DNA of 34,812 nucleotides from Minisyncoccota bacterium (GCA_012799795.1 JAAZKO010000016.1:1-34812); one strand, 5' to 3'. Numbered from the stretch's first letter, positions 25,921 to 34,585 are shown. The notes: generated by a model not told the origin, from the sequence alone. Made by a program: numbers and translations.

Positions 25921-26721
25921 ATGACAAAATCAGAAAATCAAAATCGATTCTCCCTTGCTAATTTTATTAATTTCATCAACGATCATTTTTCCTTAATAAT
26001 TATTGTCCTAATTGTCTTAATAATTGGTTTTATGGGCGGCTCACTCTGGACAGAAAATCACTTACTTAAGTCTGATGGTTTCGTTGGAAGCAACAAGCAA
26101 GTTGTAAAGGAAGGAGAGACAGCTCAAGAAATTGACGATTCCATTGTTTTAGATAATATTCCAAAACTTAATGATTCAGATCATGTTCTTGGAGCAAAAA
26201 AAGCTGATGTGATTATGATTTCTTATCTTGATTTTCAATGTTCATATTGCCAGCGTTGGCACCCAACTTTTAATACTTTATTAGCCAAATATGCTGATCA
26301 AATTACCTTTGTTTATCGTCATTTTACTTTAGGTTTTCCTTACTCAGACAAACTAGCCCAAGCCAGCGAATGTGTGGCTGAATATGGTGGTGAAGAAGCC
26401 TTCTGGAAATTTACTGACACGGTTTATGAAAAATTGACAGATGAGTCAATTTACACATTAGAAAATTCTAATCCAATAATCACTGATGACAGCATTTTGA
26501 CTATCGCGGCTAATGCTGGTGCTCCTCTAAAGCAAATGCAAGATTGTCTTGAAAGTCAAGAAAGCGCTAATAAAATTGAGGAAATGAAACAAGGAGCTAT
26601 CAGCGCCGGAATTGGTGGCACACCCGCCACCATCATTATTAGTAAAAAAGCTGGAAGTGAATTAATTCCCGGTGCCTTGCCAATTGAAGAAGTTGAAGCC
26701 ATGTTGGAAAAACATCTATAA
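25921..26721 (+). CDS. Membrane-anchored DsbA/BdbD-like thiol:disulfide oxidoreductase
   Basis: One N-terminal TM helix (LIIIVLIVLIIGFMGGSLW), then a thioredoxin fold with YLDFQCSYCQRWHP (CxxC) and GIGGTPATII (the cis-Pro loop). Confidence 0.8.
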   Translation: MTKSENQNRFSLANFINFINDHFSLIIIVLIVLIIGFMGGSLWTENHLLKSDGFVGSNKQVVKEGETAQEIDDSIVLDNIPKLNDSDHVLGAKKADVIMISYLDFQCSYCQRWHPTFNTLLAKYADQITFVYRHFTLGFPYSDKLAQASECVAEYGGEEAFWKFTDTVYEKLTDESIYTLENSNPIITDDSILTIAANAGAPLKQMQDCLESQESANKIEEMKQGAISAGIGGTPATIIISKKAGSELIPGALPIEEVEAMLEKHL

Positions 26722-28407
26722 AGTTGTTTTTTTAATTGCCTGTAAAGTCGCCTGAAGCTTGCTGGTATTTCGCCAACGATTAACAGCTAATTTGAGCAGA
26801 ATATCAAAATTTTTACCCAACTCAAATTGTTCATGATTTTCAAAAAAGTTCCAAGCTAAAACTACTATTTCTTTTTCTTCCTTTTGACTTTTAAAAAACA
26901 TTTTAGCGTGCTGACCATCTTTACCCAAATTCTGTAAATTTTGCAAAATTAAATTGTTTAATAAAAAAATTGGTCTAGGATTAGCATTGCCATGAGGTTC
27001 AAAATCTTCTAAAGCCAGGGCCGTGTCTATATTTAGCAAGCTACTTGAAATTGGACAATCAACCTTGATTTCTGCTTCCAAGGAAACTTGATCTAGCTGT
27101 TTATTTGCTAAAATTAATAAACGTTTTTTAACTGAACTTAAGTTTTTTGCCTTTAAAGAAAAACCCGCTGCTAATGGGTGTCCGCCAACACTTAATAGTT
27201 GCTCTTCAACTTGGCGCAAAAAATCAGTAATATTAAATCCAGCTAAAGACCTAGCCGAAGCTTTAATAGCCAGCTCTTTATCTTTTAAATCTTTTGCTAC
27301 TGATAAAACTATACAGGGTTTTAAATATTTTTCCGCTAGTCTGCCGGCTAAAAGTCCGATTACACCTTCATGATAATCACCTTCGATAATAATAATTTTG
27401 GCTTCCCTTTCTTCTTTTGTTAAAGTAGCTTCAGCCTGATCAATTAAATCTTTAGTTAAATCTTGACGTTCAAGATTGGTGTCTTGTAAAAGCTTGGCTA
27501 ATTCTTTGGCTTGTTTAGTATTCTTGGTGCAAAGTAGGCGCAAAGCATCCATGCTATCAGCCAAACGCCCCATGGCATTAATTCTCGGCCCAATTACATA
27601 ACCCAAATGATAAGAGCTCAGATCTTCTTTTTTTATGCCAGCCAAGTGATAAAGAGCTAATAAACCCGGACGTTCGCTTTTGTGTAAAGCTAATAAACCA
27701 TGACTGACCAAGCTACGATTAATGCCAAGCAATTCCATTAAATCAGTAACAGTGGCAATCGCCACCAAAGACAATAAATCATCTAGCTTTTTTCGAGCTT
27801 GCTCTTGCTTGTCAACAGATTTGAATAATTCCTTAACTAAAAACCACGCCACCGCAGTTCCACAAACTTGAGTTGAATGAAAAATTGCTAAAACAGGTAG
27901 TTTCTCTTGGCCTTGTTGGTGATGGTCAGTAACTATTACCTCAACGCCTTCTTTAACCAAATATTTTAAAGCTGGTAAAGCGACAATACCGTTATCAACG
28001 GTAATTAATAAGTCTGGCTTCCCTTTGTCCGAAAATAAATCTTTTAAAGCTTTAATTGATAAGCCATAACCGTGTTTTTGACGATTGGGAATAAACGGCA
28101 AACTATTAATCCCTAAAAACTTCAAGCCCTCCCACAACACTGCGCTAGCGCAGATTCCATCACTATCATAATCGCCAAAAATATAAACTTTTTCTTCGTT
28201 TTCTTGAGCAATTCTTAGCCGTTTTTGAATTTGATTAAAATGGGAAAGGTTAAAGCCTAAATCAGCCAATTGCCAATGCTCTGGTCGTTTAGGATGGAAG
28301 AAATTTTTAACCTCTTTAGCTTTAATTTGACGATTTTTTAACAAAACTTTTAATAACTGATCTTTATCGTTTACCACAGTTTTAGATTGCAACTGCCATT
28401 TCTTCAT
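26716..28407 (-). CDS. recJ: Single-stranded-DNA-specific exonuclease RecJ
   Basis: DHH motifs IFGDYDSDGICAS, ITVDNG, VIVTDHH, and DHHA1 GGHPLAAGF. Its TAG stop overlaps the convergent dsbA-like stop by 6 nt. Confidence 0.9.
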   Translation of the reverse strand: MKKWQLQSKTVVNDKDQLLKVLLKNRQIKAKEVKNFFHPKRPEHWQLADLGFNLSHFNQIQKRLRIAQENEEKVYIFGDYDSDGICASAVLWEGLKFLGINSLPFIPNRQKHGYGLSIKALKDLFSDKGKPDLLITVDNGIVALPALKYLVKEGVEVIVTDHHQQGQEKLPVLAIFHSTQVCGTAVAWFLVKELFKSVDKQEQARKKLDDLLSLVAIATVTDLMELLGINRSLVSHGLLALHKSERPGLLALYHLAGIKKEDLSSYHLGYVIGPRINAMGRLADSMDALRLLCTKNTKQAKELAKLLQDTNLERQDLTKDLIDQAEATLTKEEREAKIIIIEGDYHEGVIGLLAGRLAEKYLKPCIVLSVAKDLKDKELAIKASARSLAGFNITDFLRQVEEQLLSVGGHPLAAGFSLKAKNLSSVKKRLLILANKQLDQVSLEAEIKVDCPISSSLLNIDTALALEDFEPHGNANPRPIFLLNNLILQNLQNLGKDGQHAKMFFKSQKEEKEIVVLAWNFFENHEQFELGKNFDILLKLAVNRWRNTSKLQATLQAIKKTTL

Positions 28408-28421
28408 AGTTCTTTTATAAT
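28393..28421 (+). promoter_or_regulatory. Candidate promoter giving a leaderless cca mRNA
   Basis: CTGCCA (4/6 to TTGACA), 17 nt, perfect TATAAT (28416-28421), 6 nt (aacctt), then ATG at 28428. There is no SD sequence. The -35 lies inside the recJ coding sequence. Confidence 0.4.
28414..28419 (-). promoter_or_regulatory. -10-like TATAAA 6 nt upstream of the recJ ATG (possible leaderless transcript)
   Basis: The minus strand reads TATAAAagaactATG. It shares the same AT-rich core as the cca -10. No convincing -35. Confidence 0.25.
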
Positions 28422-28427
28422 AACCTT

Positions 28428-30047
28428 ATGCAGTTAAATTTGCCATTTGAATCACTTTACATCATTTATGCTCTACAAGAAGCCGGTTTTGAAGCTTATT
28501 TGGTCGGAGGAGCTGTTCGCGACTTAGTTCTTAAGCAAGAAGGTATTAAAGATTTTGATTTCGCTACTAACGCTAAGCCAGAAGAAATTCAAAATATTTT
28601 TCCTGAAAGTTTCTATGAAAATCAATTTGGTACTGTTAGCATTACTCATGAAAAACTATTAAATCAAATTCTTAATAAAGACTTAAGTTTACCTAAACAA
28701 AATTTATACAAAAGATTATTAGATGAAGAAAAGAAAATTTTTGAAAAAAATCAAAAAGGAAAAATCATTAATTTAAAAGAAGCTAAAAAAATTCATCACT
28801 CATTAAAAAATAAAGCTTTAGCTTCAAAAAAAATTTTAGATAAAAAAATTTTTCGTACATCTCTACCTCCATTTGAAATAACAACTTTTCGCAATGACGG
28901 TGACTATGCGGATCATCGTCGTCCTGATTCTGTTGTTTGGGGAAAGAAAATTAGTGATGATTTAAACCGTCGTGATTTTACTATTAACGCCATGGCTATT
29001 GAAATAAATAATAAGTATTTAAATAAAATATTTAAACAAAATAAAAATATTCAAGAAAGATATCAATTGGAAGCTAATAATTGGCAGCTAATTGACCAGT
29101 ATCAAGGATTTAAAGATCTAAAAAATAAATTAATTAGAACGGTGGCTGATCCTGATCAGCGTTTTGCAGAAGATGCTTTACGAATGCTCAGAGCAATTCG
29201 CTTAGCAGTACAGCTAAATATGAAACTGGAAAAGGAAACTTATCTTTCTATTCAAAAAAATAAAGATTTATTGCGATTTGTTAGTTTTGAGCGAATTGGC
29301 GCAGAAATGATAAAAATTTTAGCTTCTGATCATCCTGCTAACGGAATTAAACTTTTAGACGAAACCGGTCTACTAAATTATATAATCCCGGAATTAAAAC
29401 TTGGTAAAAAAATGGATCAACCCGGTCACCACACTACAGATGTTTGGGTGCATAGTCTTGACGCTTTAGAGGCTTGTCCAAGCTCCGATCCAATAGTTCG
29501 TTTAGCTACACTGCTTCATGATGTTGGCAAACCAGAAACATATGTTGAAAAGGATAAGGAAATTACTTTTTACAATCACGAAGTCTTGGGTTCAAGAATC
29601 GCTAGTAAAATTGCTAAAAGACTGCGCTTGTCAAAAAAAGATGTTCAAAGAATTTTTATTCTCGTTCGTTACCACATGTTTTATTATCAACCCAAACATA
29701 GTGATGCTTCTGTGAGACGCTTCATTAAGAAAGTTGGATTAGAAAATATTGACAACATTCTTGACTTGCGAGAAGGTGATCGTTTGGGCAGTGGAGCAAA
29801 AAAAACTAGTTGGCGCTTAGAAGAATTCAAAGAACGAATTATTGAACAGCTTAATCAACCCATGGATCTAAGTGATTTAGAAATAAATGGCCAGACTCTA
29901 ATTAAAGAATTAAAACTCAAGCCCAGTCCAATTATAGGTCAAATTTTAAATGAACTTTTAGAAAAAGTTTTACAAAATCCTGAAATCAACAAAAAAGGGA
30001 CACTGATTAACGAGGCTAAAAAAATTCTAAAAAAAGGTAAAAAATAA
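28428..30047 (+). CDS. cca: CCA-adding tRNA nucleotidyltransferase with a C-terminal HD domain
   Basis: LVGGAVRDLVL, DFDFATNAKPEE, EITTFRNDGDYADHRRP, RRDFTINAMA, RFAEDALRMLRAIRLA. HD domain: HHTTDVWVHSL...LLHDVGKP. It contains large Lys-rich insertions (see findings). Confidence 0.88.
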   Translation: MQLNLPFESLYIIYALQEAGFEAYLVGGAVRDLVLKQEGIKDFDFATNAKPEEIQNIFPESFYENQFGTVSITHEKLLNQILNKDLSLPKQNLYKRLLDEEKKIFEKNQKGKIINLKEAKKIHHSLKNKALASKKILDKKIFRTSLPPFEITTFRNDGDYADHRRPDSVVWGKKISDDLNRRDFTINAMAIEINNKYLNKIFKQNKNIQERYQLEANNWQLIDQYQGFKDLKNKLIRTVADPDQRFAEDALRMLRAIRLAVQLNMKLEKETYLSIQKNKDLLRFVSFERIGAEMIKILASDHPANGIKLLDETGLLNYIIPELKLGKKMDQPGHHTTDVWVHSLDALEACPSSDPIVRLATLLHDVGKPETYVEKDKEITFYNHEVLGSRIASKIAKRLRLSKKDVQRIFILVRYHMFYYQPKHSDASVRRFIKKVGLENIDNILDLREGDRLGSGAKKTSWRLEEFKERIIEQLNQPMDLSDLEINGQTLIKELKLKPSPIIGQILNELLEKVLQNPEINKKGTLINEAKKILKKGKK

Positions 30048-30069
30048 TTTAATTATTAATTGTTTATTT

Positions 30070-30951
30070 CTAACTTTTTCGATTAGCTAATTCTTCCCAC
30101 ACTAATAATATTGGTACCGCAATAAAACTACTAGAATAAGTACCGGTTATAGCACCAATCAACAAAGCAAGGGAAAAATAACGGACACTTTCTCCACCCA
30201 ATAATACTAATGACAAAAGCATAATAATAATGGTAATCGAGTCATTAATTGATCGACCCAAGGTTTTCCAAACAGCCGCATTAGCTATTTCCGTCAAAGA
30301 TAAATGCCGATGCTTCTTTTTTAATTCTCTAATCCGATTATAGACAACCACCGTATCGTGAATAGAAAAAGAAAGAGTGGTCAAAATAGCAGTTACAAAT
30401 AGAACATCAACTTCAACCCCTTTGAAATGGCCTAATAAGCTAAAAATGCCTAATAAAATTAGTGAATCATGAAACATAGCTAGCACTGCTGAAACACCGT
30501 ATTTAAGATCGTGAAATTGCTGCCAAATATAAATAACAATTACTGCAGCGACAAGAAAGATGGCGGTGATCGTCTTTTTTAATAGTTCTTGACCTAAAAT
30601 AGGACCAACGCTTTCAAAGCGCAATAACTCTAATTCTCCAAATTTTTCTCTAATTAAATCTAATACTATTTCTTTTTCTTCATTAGTGATTTCTTGACCA
30701 CGTAAAATTAAACTGTCTTGACCAGTCTCTTGAACGGTGTCAATAGAAAAAATTTCTTCCAAATCATCTTTAAGAATAGTCTCTTGATAGTCTTGAGTTT
30801 TTTCTTCTTCAATAAATTTAATTTCTAATAAACTGCCACCTTTAAAATCAATAGACGGTCTTAAACCAAAAAAAACTAAGGAAATCAATCCAGGAATTAA
30901 AAAAAATGCCGAAATCAAAAAAAATATTTTTTTATACTTCATTAAATTCAT
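30070..30951 (-). CDS. secF: Protein translocase subunit SecF
   Basis: GLRPSIDFKGGSLLEI and a six-TM SecD/SecF core (HDSLILLGIFSL..., INDSITIIIM...). There is a 4-nt ATGA overlap with secD. Confidence 0.9.
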   Translation of the reverse strand: MNLMKYKKIFFLISAFFLIPGLISLVFFGLRPSIDFKGGSLLEIKFIEEEKTQDYQETILKDDLEEIFSIDTVQETGQDSLILRGQEITNEEKEIVLDLIREKFGELELLRFESVGPILGQELLKKTITAIFLVAAVIVIYIWQQFHDLKYGVSAVLAMFHDSLILLGIFSLLGHFKGVEVDVLFVTAILTTLSFSIHDTVVVYNRIRELKKKHRHLSLTEIANAAVWKTLGRSINDSITIIIMLLSLVLLGGESVRYFSLALLIGAITGTYSSSFIAVPILLVWEELANRKS

Positions 30952-32342
30952 GACTTGAACTCCTTAGCTTTAATAATCGGCACCAGTTGTCTAACTAAAA
31001 TCCTAGTAACAGTTACTCCTGTAAACATACTCAGCAAACTCCCAAGCAAAAAAGTGACACCAAAACCCTTAATTAAACCGCTGGTATTTAAGAAGGAAAA
31101 ATTCAGTGGATTAATCAAAACCAAAGCACTAACTATAGAAGCTAAATTAGCATCTTTAACAGTGTCCCACGCTCGACCAAAGCCTAATTCGATTGATTCT
31201 GCATAGCTTCGTCCTGCTCGTTGCTCCTCCTTCATTCTTTCAAAAATTAAAATATTAGCGTCGACTGCCATACCAATTGTTAATATCAAACCAGCAATTC
31301 CAGGCAAAGTTAGAACCACTCCAATTATCTTATAGAGAGCTATTGTTAAAATTGCATAAATTAATAAAGCTATAGAAGAAATTACTCCCACCCAGCCATA
31401 ATATAAGATCATAAACAAAATCACTAAACTTAAACCTATTAAGCCCGCATTAATACTTTTTTGCACCGATTCATCGCCCAAACTAGCACCTATATTTTTT
31501 TGTTCCAATACTTCAATGTTTACTGGTAATGCTCCAGCATTCAATTGAATAGCTAAATTTTTAGCCTCTTCAACAGTAAAATCACCTGTCATTACTGCTC
31601 GACCATCTAAAATCGCACTAGATATGCTTGGCGTAACCACGGGATAAGCATCAATAAAAATGGCCAGGATTTTATCAATATTGTTTTTAGTGATTTCAGC
31701 AAAAAGATCTCGACCCTCATCATTAAATTCCAAAATTATTTGAGGTTTAGCGGTTTGCTGATCGAATTGTAATTGTGCTTTTTTTAGTTGCTGACCGGTT
31801 AGTCCTGTTGACACAAAATATAAATCTAAAAAATTAGCTGACTGAGTGGCTTCAGCAAGCTCTTCTTCACTCAATTCTCTCTCTAAGCGAAATTCTAATT
31901 CAGCTGTTCTCCCAACCAACTCTAAAGCTTGCTGGGGATCCTCTACACCGGGTAATTCCACAATTAAACGGTAGTCATCCTCTAAACGAGCAGCCTGAAT
32001 AGTTGGCTCACTAATTCCATATAAATCAACTCTTCGGCTAATAATTTCTCGTGCAGATTCTAAAGCTGTTTCTCTATCTTCTAGCGCTATCTCATCCATT
32101 TTGGCCCGAAGCACTACCTGCATTCCACCTTGAATATCTAAACCTTTTTTTAATTCAAAATCTTTGTAAATGTGTTTGCCCCAAAAATAAAAATCGATAG
32201 CTTGTTTATTAATTTCAAATTGGATTTTTTTGGAAAAAAAATTCGTATCAATAGTAAGTCGTTTGGGGAAAGCAATATAGCCTGCTATAACGGTTAATAT
32301 GAGCAGCCACAAAAGAGATTTGGTGTTTGATTTTTTATTCAT
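30948..32342 (-). CDS. secD: Protein translocase subunit SecD
   Basis: N-terminal TM, periplasmic domain with GLDIQGGMQVVL, and a C-terminal six-TM core (GIAGLILTIGMAVDANILIFERMKEE). Confidence 0.9.
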   Translation of the reverse strand: MNKKSNTKSLLWLLILTVIAGYIAFPKRLTIDTNFFSKKIQFEINKQAIDFYFWGKHIYKDFELKKGLDIQGGMQVVLRAKMDEIALEDRETALESAREIISRRVDLYGISEPTIQAARLEDDYRLIVELPGVEDPQQALELVGRTAELEFRLERELSEEELAEATQSANFLDLYFVSTGLTGQQLKKAQLQFDQQTAKPQIILEFNDEGRDLFAEITKNNIDKILAIFIDAYPVVTPSISSAILDGRAVMTGDFTVEEAKNLAIQLNAGALPVNIEVLEQKNIGASLGDESVQKSINAGLIGLSLVILFMILYYGWVGVISSIALLIYAILTIALYKIIGVVLTLPGIAGLILTIGMAVDANILIFERMKEEQRAGRSYAESIELGFGRAWDTVKDANLASIVSALVLINPLNFSFLNTSGLIKGFGVTFLLGSLLSMFTGVTVTRILVRQLVPIIKAKEFKS

Positions 32343-32362
32343 GAAAGAGTTTATTTAAATTA

Positions 32363-32962
32363 TTAACTAGTTGGTAAATCTCGATGACAAAACTCATTTT
32401 CATCACCAATAATCATCACTCTCACACCATATAAAACCTCCATCACAAAGGGGTCTCTACGTGTTTTTCTAAATTCAAACTCATCCGCACTAAGCACTGC
32501 ATAATTAATTTCTCGACCCAACTCCTTTTGTTCTGCCCTAATTAATTCTTCTAATTCGGCTAAAACTACATCTCCAATAAATAAAATATCTAACTCATCG
32601 ACTCGTGGTGCCTGGCGACTAGCAAAAGTCCCAGAAAACATTACAAACGACAAAGACCCTAATTTACGTCTATTGCGACGAATCTTTTTACCTAAACCAG
32701 TGCTTTTAGCCACAACTCTTTGTAATTCCTGATGATAGAGATAGCGTTTATTGAGGTAATAATATAAACGATTGCCTCGCTGCTCACTCTTTAACAAACC
32801 ACAATCCAACATTCTCTCCAATTCCCTTCTGACTGCATTAATTTCTTCTTTAACCAAACGAGTGATTTCTCGAACATAATACATCTCTTCCGGATTTTTA
32901 TAAAATAATTCCAGAACTTTCACTCTAACTTTGGAGATTAATAAATCATTAAGACAGGACAT
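32363..32962 (-). CDS. wHTH (ArsR/MarR-like) transcriptional regulator with a C-terminal degenerate nucleotidyltransferase-like domain
   Basis: The N-terminal VKVLELFYKNPEEMYYVREITRLVKEEINAVRRELERMLDCGLLK...RLYYYLN is a winged-helix pattern. The C-terminal FVMFSGTFASRQAPRVDELDILFIGD resembles a minimal NTase strand-helix-strand. AAGGA RBS. It lies 20 nt upstream of secD. Confidence 0.55.
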   Translation of the reverse strand: MSCLNDLLISKVRVKVLELFYKNPEEMYYVREITRLVKEEINAVRRELERMLDCGLLKSEQRGNRLYYYLNKRYLYHQELQRVVAKSTGLGKKIRRNRRKLGSLSFVMFSGTFASRQAPRVDELDILFIGDVVLAELEELIRAEQKELGREINYAVLSADEFEFRKTRRDPFVMEVLYGVRVMIIGDENEFCHRDLPTS

Positions 32963-33062
32963 AATTATTCCTTTTTTTGTTAAGTATTTTTTGAAATCAA
33001 AATTTACTCAATTTTACGTGATTGAAATAAAAAAAACAAGTGATAAGTTTGAAACAATTATT

Positions 33063-33088
33063 ATAAAAAAGCCGGCAAAAGCCGGCTT
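33063..33088 (-). terminator. Rho-independent terminator after the DUF3048 gene
   Basis: The minus strand reads aaGCCGGCttttGCCGGCtt followed by TTTTTT-ataat. The stem is 6 GC-rich bp, extendable to 8, with a 4-nt loop and a U-tract. It sits 27 nt downstream of the 33115 stop. Confidence 0.75.
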
Positions 33089-33114
33089 ATTAATTACGAA
33101 TTTATTCTTAAAAA

Positions 33115-34302
33115 TTAATAGCCAACTTCACTGCCAGTGGCCAAAACACTAATCCAAATCTGTCCGGGAGCTAGCTCAACTGCTTTACCCCTTACATCAG
33201 TGAATTCTAATTCTGCTTCGCGACTTAATTTATTCCAATTGGCTTCAATTGCTTCTTGGCCATGTTTAAAAATGAGAGCCTTACCCTTGCCAACAGTGGT
33301 ATAAAGCATGTGTTTAAGTTCATTGATTGGTCCCTTTTCTGTAGTAAAAAGTACAATCACGGTGCTTGCGGCTATAACCTCGTCATTATTTAAATCACGC
33401 TGTTCTTCTCCAGCATTATTTCGTCGATAGGCATCTAAATTCTCATCATAATTCCATTCAACTGAGAATTGATTATAACCAGACCAAAAATCATAACTAA
33501 TCTGTCGCACTGTTCCTGGAGATTGAGCTTCTTCTTCAAACGCCCAACCCGAATAATTATCTTGCCAAGGGGCTGCAGGAATTGTTTTGCGATTTACTAT
33601 TCGCTCTGGAGTTAGATTAGTCCAATCCCTTTTAGCAGCTACTTCCCAAAGCGCTTCTGTTTCACTTTGCATAGTATGTTCGGTTTCTACGGTTTTACCT
33701 GGGATTCGCTTATAATTGCGCACAAAAGTTGGATAACCAATGGAAAACTGATCCATGTCGTTTTCGCTTCGCCAGCCATAATCAGCAATTTGACCAAGAG
33801 CGTTACTTGGTCCAGACAAATTGGCTCCGCCAACGTGCACATACATGGGCAAATTAAATCCTGAAGCCCAATCTACAAAATAAGTACGAGCACTCCGGAC
33901 TGGAGCAATTACTACGTTCTCATTTTGGGCAGCACAGTAATAAAGAGCGGCAAAACGAGTAACACCGCCCTCTGCAACAGCCTCAAAAATAACGTCAGCT
34001 CGACTTAATCCAGAATGGGGTCTTGCGCTTGGGGAATTTTCCACCATTACAAATAAAGGTCTTCTGCTCTCCCAAGCATTTTTTTCCGTTAAAGTATAGT
34101 ATTTGCCATTCAATGGACAGGCTTGGTCTTTAGCTTCATTAGGATCAATATCAAGTAATCCAGCTAAGATTGACTCTTTCTGTTCTCCTTTGGGCCCATC
34201 CAAAGCTATTGCTTTTCTAGAAAAATAAGAAAAAGTAAAAAACGAGATTAAGCTAGATGCTAAATAAAAAAACAATAAAATAATTAAATTCTTTTTAGGC
34301 AT
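33115..34302 (-). CDS. Membrane-anchored DUF3048 (YerB-like) extracytoplasmic protein
   Basis: N-terminal hydrophobic anchor, then RPLFVMVENSPSARPHSGLSRADVIFEAVAEGGVTRFAALY, which matches my recollection of the DUF3048 N-domain consensus. GAAAGG RBS. Confidence 0.7.
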   Translation of the reverse strand: MPKKNLIILLFFYLASSLISFFTFSYFSRKAIALDGPKGEQKESILAGLLDIDPNEAKDQACPLNGKYYTLTEKNAWESRRPLFVMVENSPSARPHSGLSRADVIFEAVAEGGVTRFAALYYCAAQNENVVIAPVRSARTYFVDWASGFNLPMYVHVGGANLSGPSNALGQIADYGWRSENDMDQFSIGYPTFVRNYKRIPGKTVETEHTMQSETEALWEVAAKRDWTNLTPERIVNRKTIPAAPWQDNYSGWAFEEEAQSPGTVRQISYDFWSGYNQFSVEWNYDENLDAYRRNNAGEEQRDLNNDEVIAASTVIVLFTTEKGPINELKHMLYTTVGKGKALIFKHGQEAIEANWNKLSREAELEFTDVRGKAVELAPGQIWISVLATGSEVGY

Positions 34303-34336
34303 AGTGCTTCACTACCTTTCTAAAAAATTAACAATC

Positions 34337-34585
34337 CTAAGTATAGCGCAAAACAATTAAAGCTAAAACTACTAAAACTACCAGGGTGACTAGCAATGTC
34401 TTTTTTAAATCCTGATTAATTAATTTTGGATCATAATTAAATAAACTAGTAATTTGCTCAGTCTTTATTATTTCTTTTTTTTCTAATTTTTGATGCGTTT
34501 TTTCACTAGCAAGTGGTTTTTTTGCAGTTTTGATTAATCTTTTTTTTGCTCTGATTTTATCAATTTTCCGACGTTTTTTTGCCAT
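34337..34585 (-). CDS. Small tail-anchored membrane protein with a strongly basic cytoplasmic N-terminus
   Basis: 82 aa. It opens MAKKRRKIDKIRAKKRLIKTAKK and has a single C-terminal TM helix, LLVTLVVLVVLALIVL. I recognise no family. It lies between the rseP-like and DUF3048 genes on the same strand. Confidence 0.45.
   Translation of the reverse strand: MAKKRRKIDKIRAKKRLIKTAKKPLASEKTHQKLEKKEIIKTEQITSLFNYDPKLINQDLKKTLLVTLVVLVVLALIVLRYT

Noticed and set aside
30043-30057. AT-only inverted repeat aataat-tta-attatt between the cca and secF stops, considered as a bidirectional terminator.
   Set aside because: It is a six A-T base-pair stem with a 3-nt loop and no GC content, so it would be thermodynamically negligible. 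It is not called.
32985-33060. Three copies of TTGAAA(T/C) (around 32991, 33031 and 33049) and a short TTGA-AA-TCAA palindrome upstream of the wHTH regulator, considered as operator sites.
   Set aside because: The arms are only 4 bp, the spacing is irregular, and the motif is built from the most common bases of this AT-rich spacer. I cannot distinguish it from chance without comparative data.
32931-33152. Plus-strand 73-aa ORF spanning the intergenic region between the wHTH regulator and the DUF3048 gene.
   Set aside because: It overlaps both neighbouring minus-strand genes and runs straight through the terminator hairpin. Its low-complexity translation is driven by AT content, and it has no RBS.
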